NCBI GenBank assembly: GCA_043228905.1
Contig: JBHGNT010000018.1
Span: 13,206,001 to 13,270,000 of the forward strand
Direction: 5' to 3'
Length of the DNA stretch: 64,000 nt
From: Azolla caroliniana
Taxonomy: Eukaryota > Plantae > Polypodiophyta
A program made the position numbers and the translations under genes. The notes below the pieces were generated by a model, which searched no databases, had not been told where the DNA came from, and was given only the letters and a program-made list of their open reading frames with translations. Positions 57,188 to 64,000 of this stretch are shown here, piece by piece. Each line of letters opens with the position of its first letter. Positions within the stretch are counted from its first letter, which is position 1.

Positions 57188-57627
57188 CCAAGTATCGTTG
57201 GCATCGAGTGCCCATATTTTTTCCTCCATAGCAGCACGCCAATTTGTGTCCTTTACCGCTTCTGTGTAGCTCTATGGCTCATGCACTTCAGCCACCTTTG
57301 TAATCTAGAAATAATGTTGCGCCATATACTCATTATATCCATACTGCATCACGGGGTTCTTCTAGAAGGTAGATTGGCACAACATCAAATTTGCCTATTT
57401 GAGGGCCCTCTTGGTCGACTCAGACTTCAATTCCGAAGGTCCGTCTTCGTTCTTTCCTGTGTCAAATTCGCTCCAATCCATATCCTCCTTGTCTGTGCCA
57501 TATTCCAACATCTTCTTCTTCCCTTTTTCTTTGCGTGTAAACTGTCTCCTCAGTTCCTTGTGCGGGGATTGCACGGCCAAGTCTCCACTACTCGTCAACT
57601 CATTGGTCATTCCAACTCAGTCTCTCA

Positions 57628-60600
57628 TGTTAGCCAGCCGGCAAGGAGTGAAGGACAGTCCAGAATATGAAAGGGCAGAAATAATCGGAGGCTGTTATTA
57701 GGATATTAATTAATTAAGTAGATTTTAGAGTAGTGAACGGACGGACCGGAATCGGTATGTCGATCTGGTTCCGGACCGGTTCATATTAGTGTGCCGGTTG
57801 GCACCGTTTTGTAGGCAGAGCCAGTGATCTATAAAAAGGCCCGGTTACATTGTAAATGGGGACGGATAATTAATAAAGCTCTATTTCCTTATCTCTGTGC
57901 ATTGATTACTATTCTGTGCTAATTACTTTCTATCTTACCCGTGTATTAAGATTAAGGATCTGTTGCTTAAGTAACGATTAAAGTCGGATTAATCGTCGGT
58001 CTAACTTTGTTCCATTGTAAGACCCTTTGGTGAAGTGTCTTCTGTAGACACCCTGTGTTAGGCTATTGTCCGGCCCTATGGAGTAACACAGATTTTGGTG
58101 ACCACGATTCCTGCATAAGCAACGAACAGTAGCGGGAATGGATGACTAGACTGGCGAGCGGACCGGTTACGGATCGAGCAAGGAGACTCGTTGAGTTGCT
58201 GCGGAGGCGAGAGGCCTTCCAGCAAGCGGCGGAAGAAATTCGTTTGGATCAATCATTTTCCAAAGTGATCTGGCGAGTGGCTGAGGAGTCACTCCGTTTG
58301 CAACAAGATTTCCACCCCGACGAAGGAAGCAACTTGAGTAGTCTTCGGGAAATGGAATCCTTGCTACGGGCATTAGCTGCAGGAGACGGCGATTCCGAAC
58401 CATTTTCGGCCTTTGAATCGAACTCGGACGGCGAATATAATGCTCATTCTAATTACCGCAGCAGTCGCAACACCCTAGACGGACCGGCGGACGAGGAATC
58501 AAATACCTCACCGACACTAGAACCAGAATTAACAAAGCTGGAAGCTACAGATCGGCCAAGGACTAAGCAAACCCCAACAACCGAAACAGAGGCAGAAAGA
58601 CCTTCCATAGAGGAAGAAAGACCTCCGACAGAGGAGGCGGAGAGACCTCCGACGGAGGAGGAAGAGAGACCTCCAACACCACCAACCCGCTTTCCAACAC
58701 CGGACGACGACATGCCGTTTCAATATCCCAAGTACCGGGATGATCCGGACGCAGAGGCCCACGTCTATGCATTTCAACAGACATGGGAAGCGAATCATGT
58801 GTCACAACGCTTAACCGCGGCTGAAGCAGAGTGCTCAAAGATGGCGGAGTTCAGCATGACATCGGAGGGGCCCGCCGCTAGATGGCGCTTGACGCAAGAT
58901 CCCAGTACCGTAACGATGTTTGAGGCCTTGAAAACTAAATTCTTACATTTTTTTCACAAAGAAGTGGATCAACGGGAAATGGTCGGCCTATTCTATACCA
59001 TCAGGCAGGAGCCCACGGAGAACATTCAATAATTTGTAATCCGATTCCAAAGAATGCACAACCAGCTCAGTCGGGCACCACCAGAGGAAGAGACTAAGGC
59101 GATATTTCCTGCAGCACTCCAGGAACCCCTACGAACGGTGTGCACAGTTATTGATTTCCGCATGAGTTCCGTCGACCAGGTCATAGACCAAGTCAGGGAA
59201 ATGGAAAACTCCAGCTCATGGCTGACGATGGGGGCACTCCAAAGAACGTTACCGACTGATGAAGACCTCCTCTTTCGACAAGCAATTCATTGTACGACTT
59301 GCCTGAATGCCGGAGATTCAGAGCTGGAGTCTACCATGTGTTCTCAATGCCTGCTTTTCCATTCCAGAAACCACACAATGGATCGGTGCGAGTATAACTT
59401 GCTGAATCGGCAAGCACCACCAATCTGCCAAATCGAACCACGGAGCAACCAAGAGGAGGAAGAAGAGCGTTGGCGGCGAGAGGAGCGTTACCGGCCAGCA
59501 CAAGATGTCCGGTACGGTGATCGAAGAAACGCTTATGACCGCGACCGGTATGATAGATATGATAGATATCAGAACTATAATGAGGAACGAAATGAGCGCT
59601 ACAACCGGGATCACTCCCCCGGGTACAACCCCAAGCAACCAACTGGACCAAGGCCAAGCACTTACTACAGGACCTCAACCGGGTGCCGGGGCGAAAGCAG
59701 AATCCAGCAACAACCAGAAGGCATATTGCTATTATTGCCGACAAGAGGGAGACTACAGTAACCAATGTCCGGTGAAAAGCTACGAGAAGTGACCAACGGT
59801 AAACATGGTGGTAGCAGACATACAACAAGTGACCACGAGGGTAAAAGGAAATGTAACAGAGTGGGAAACCCAAGAAGCCATCTGAAAGCAGGCCACCGAA
59901 TGGGTTAAAAAGGCAAACGAGCAGAATGTGGCCGAACTGGACCAACAAAAGGAGAACCTAGAGGAGACAACTGGCAATGGCCAAGCGGAAAACCCAACAT
60001 GGCACGCGTTGCAAGAATGCCAAATCATGTTGCCATTAGGTAGGCTATTGCAGTTAGTACCTTGGTTTACGGAAGGACTGAAGACGAGAATGGCTGCGGT
60101 CGGCATCACACCGGCTCCGACATTCTTTTCTAATCCGGAGGAAGGACCGACGGTAGTGGACACGAGCAGTCCGGCTATCACAACCATCATCAAGGGACGA
60201 GAGCTATCTGGAACGGTTATAGACAGAGGATCCAGCATGAATGTGATTAGCCTCTGAACTTGTAATACCCTGGGAATCCAAGACTGGGAGCCGTGCCCGT
60301 TTTGGCTCCGAATGGCGGACACAAGTTCAGTAAGGCCTACCGGATTGATACGAGATTTGGAAGTGACTATCGGAGGTCACACATTCCGCATTTCGGCAGT
60401 AGTCCTCCAACTCAATGCACAAGGAGCATACCCACTGTTGTTGGGCCGGCCATGGTTAAAAACAACGCACATCAAGCAAAACCGGCGTGGTAAAGCGAAA
60501 GTACGGGTACCTACACAACCACGTTCAAGTACCGGAAAGGAGCTGACACCGCTGTATGGGGAATGTGTCAACATGCTTGAAGGATTGGCTGATGAGGAGG

Positions 60601-63600
60601 TCGATTGGTATTTACAGGAGAATCCAAAAATTGTACCCTTATTTGAAGTCGATGTCGCCGAAGCAATGGCCCCATACATCATACTGGAGGAGGCTGGTGA
60701 AGAACCGGATAAGGAGGCCATCAGAGAGTTACGACAAGCGTAGAAAGCGTTGGAGAAGGAATTGGTAGTATCTCAATGCGTAAAAGCCTCTCAGCTGGAA
60801 GAGGTAAACCTCGGCACCGCAGAAGACGCGACACCGGTTCACATCGCTAAAGAAATGAGTCCTGAAAGGAAGACGACAACAATCACCTTATTAAAGGAGT
60901 TCCGGGACATGTTCGCGTGGTCTTACGAGGACATGCGGGGGCTAGACCCTCAATTGTATCAACACTAGATACATCTGAGTAAGGACGCCAAGTCGGTGGC
61001 GCAACGACGCTACCGGATGAACCCTAACTATGCAGCAAAAGTAAAGGGCAAAATCGACAAATTGTTATGGGTAGGGTTCATCCGACCGGTCAAGAAGGCA
61101 ACATGGCTGAGTCCGAGAGTCGTCGTACCAAAAAAGAATGGAAAAATCCGGGTATGTGTCAACTATCAGAAGTTGAATGCGGTAACGGTAACCGACGCAT
61201 TCCCACTCCCGTTTACGGATGGAGTCTTGGATGCGGTAGCCAGTCACGAAGTGTATAGTTTCCTGGACGGGTTCAACGACTACAATCAGATCCGGATGCA
61301 CCCCGATGACCAGGAGAAAACCGCTTTTGTTACCAAATGGGGAGTATTTGTCGCCGTAGTCATGATTTTCGGACTTAAAACGGCGCCGGAAACCTTTCAG
61401 CGAATCATCATGGAGATTTTTGGAGAATTTATTTGAGCATTCATGTAGGTGTTCTTAGACGATTTCGCCGTGTATAGCCAGGAAGGGGAACACCTCCAAT
61501 ACCTCCGATTATGTCTTGAGAAATGTAGGGTTTACCGGTTAAGCCTTAACCCGGAAAAATGTGTGTTCGGTGTGTCAAGCGGGGCATTACTAGGCCACAT
61601 TGTTAGCAAGGACAGTATTGCAGTAGACCCGGACAAGGTCAAAGCAATTTTGGAGGCACTGGCACCCACCACGACGAAAGCATTGAGTCGGTTCCTAGGA
61701 AAAATCCGGTGGCATAGCCGGATGCTCCGGTATCTAGCAGACTTGGCCACACCATTGCATGCCGCGGTGCATCGGACACCGTTTCAATGGACGGACACAG
61801 AAGAGAAGGCTTACCGGGCATTAAAAGTACTACTATCACAAGCACTGGTGGTGCAACCGCCGGATTGGTCTAACGAATTCCACGTATTCGTAGACGCGTC
61901 CGACATAGCAATAAGGAGTGCATTAATGCAGCTTACCGAACCCAAGTGGTATCGGCCCATGTATTATGCCAGCCGTAAGCTATCCCAGGTGGAACGGAAT
62001 TACTCTACGACGGAAAGAGAGGCCTTGGGCATGATCTATAGCGTCACCAAGTTCCGACACTATCTGTTGGGGAGGAAATTTTCCTTTCATGTAGATCATT
62101 CAACGCTACTTTACTTGGTCTCGAAAGCATCACTCACGAGTAAGCTGGCCCGGTGGACGCTATTATTACAGGAATTTGAGTTCGAGATATTGCACCGGCC
62201 AGGCATACAACATGCGGTTGCAGATTATTTGAGCCGGTTAGACTCCGGAGAAACCAGTGATGGGGTCGCAGACGAATTTCCGGATGCAGACTTGTTTAGG
62301 GTCACAGCCGAAACGACAACAAATGGCACGATCGCCGAGGAGGACAAGTGGCTCACTAACATGCACCAATTCCTGAGCACTGGCTTACCTCTACAGGAGA
62401 TGAACAGAGACGAGAGGAAAAGATTAGCAGTACAAAGACGACACTTCTGCCTACTGCAAGACACACTGTATCATAAAGGCGCGGATGACATATGGCAGCG
62501 CGCGGTGTGCAGCGACGAAAAAGACCAAATACTGCACGAAGCACACTGTGGTGTTGCCGGAGGGCATTATGTTGGGGATGCTACGGCAAGGAAAATATGG
62601 CAGAGTGGCCTATGGTGGCCAATAACATTAAAGGACGCCATCCCGTATGCTAAAGAATGCGATTTGTGATAACGGATGGGCCAACCAACCTCACCAGCCG
62701 GTGCTGCCATTGTAACCATTTCAGAAATGGGGGTTGGACTTCGTCGGCCCATTTAAACCACCAACAATGAGAACCAGCAACCGATACGTGATTGTCGCTA
62801 CGGACAACTACACCAAATGGGTGGAGGCCAAATCACTACGTGACAACACCGTGGCATCCACGACAAAGTTTTGATATGAATGTATCTGGTGCCAGTATGG
62901 ATGTCCGATCAAGCTAATCAATGACCAAGGAAGGCATTTCCTGGGACAAGTGGTGGAGAGCTTAACAACATTCTATGCGGTGGTGCATAAGAGAAGCACT
63001 TCGTATTATCCGCAAGCCAACGGATTAGCTGAATCCACAAATAAGACACTACAAAACATCCTCCGGAAAATCGTCAATGAGAACCAGACAGATTGGGATA
63101 CAAAGCTGCACAGTGCACTTTGCGCCTACCTAACAACATATAAGACAAGTATCCGGACAATGCCTTTCCGATTGGCATTCGGATTGGAAGCGGTAATGCC
63201 GATTGAATTCCAGGTTCCCAGCTTGGGGTTACAGGTTAGGGAATGCCTGAACGAGAAGGAGTCGGAAACCATCCGGCTAGCAGCACTGTGCGAACTGGAG
63301 GAACACCGGATCGCCAGCTTGATGCACATGGAACTGGAGCAACGGAGAAGGAAAGCATTCGTCGATCGACACCGGAAAGGTAACGAAAAAAGATTAGGGA
63401 TCGGCAAGCCAGTACTTATATTCCAAACCCGGATGGGTAAGATGCTGGGGAAGCTACGGTTTCAGTGGACCGGACCATATTGGATTACACGGGAGTTCAG
63501 CGGTTCGTACGAGCTAGTAACACTCGCCGGCGAAGTTATGGGTAACTGAGTGAATGGGTTTCGACTCAAACCATACTATGGACCCATGCCAAAGAACCCG

Positions 63601-64000
63601 TTTGAGTAGACAAAGGCTGACACCGCACCGGACACCAGTAAGCACGACGAGACGATAACCGGTCAGGCAATCGGCAATCACAATCCGGAGACGGGTCCGT
63701 TTGGGCTGGATACATATTAAAATAAAATAAAATAAAAATAGAAAATAAAAAATCCAATCAAACCCAACTATGCAATGGCGAGGAGTGAATGGCCACATGC
63801 AATGAAAAGGAGGGGTGAACGGGCACTTTGAAAAGCCAAGTAGTGGGCTATTTATAGCACATTAAAACGCCGCCACGTGGCAGTTCATTGCCATTATAAT
63901 ACACAACATTTGCATGCGCAAGAATCGAGAAAGGCGCGAACATGCAGAAAGAAAACCTACACCACATGGAGGCCTTCTCATTTCGCGAACAGAGAATCGC
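57628..64000 (+). mobile_element. Non-chromovirus Ty3/gypsy element (5' LTR 57628-58088; gag-pol 58142-63610 with stops); continues beyond the window
   Basis: LTR tgttagcc...gagtaaca. PBS-like ttttggtgacc. gag (PFQYPKY), zinc knuckle CYYCRQEGD, protease (VIDRGSS), RT (FLDGFNDY, FLDDF), RNase H (FVDASD, NYSTTERE), integrase (YYPQANGLAE, WTGPY). Confidence 0.92.

Larger units (their letters stand above)
3557..57627 (-). mobile_element. Outer Ty1/copia element A (3' LTR 3557-4006; pol pieces at 50503-52330 and 57193-57627), host of elements B and D
   Basis: LTR tgtgacaag...tcaaca is followed by PPT complement ctccccctc. The sequence is continuous across 4194/50503 (TSD catct) and across 52330/57188 (TSD ccaag). 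RNase H and RT remnants (WDLVDPP...CKWVYKVK, FEMKDLG). Collinear with the related copy at 28614-37077. Confidence 0.8.

Overview
Eukaryotic plant nuclear DNA, most likely a fern (inferred from the PLS-PPR motif style and the retrotransposon lineages). It is dominated by deeply nested Ty1/copia and Ty3/gypsy LTR retrotransposons, most of which can be delimited by LTRs, PBS/PPT and target-site duplications (TSDs). The main result is a ~32.6-kb hAT-superfamily DNA transposon at 6071-38656. It has 17-bp TIRs, AAACC/AAACCG subterminal arrays and an 8-bp TSD (accacagg/accacagc), and it splits a copia integrase ORF that reads through when the element is removed. Between the TIRs it carries its own frameshifted BED-finger hAT transposase and host-gene cargo: five correctly spliced exons of a cytosolic glyoxalase II (GLX2-2-like, 5' exons missing) and an intact 721-aa PLS-class PPR gene. 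It also contains a third internal hAT end, a LINE fragment and later copia insertions, one of them a very young intact copia. Other points of interest are a chromodomain gypsy with a Tf1-type self-priming signature, a miniature gypsy derivative, a hAT-type MITE family and at least six levels of nesting. All calls were made by eye from the sequence and the ORF track; no database searches were run.
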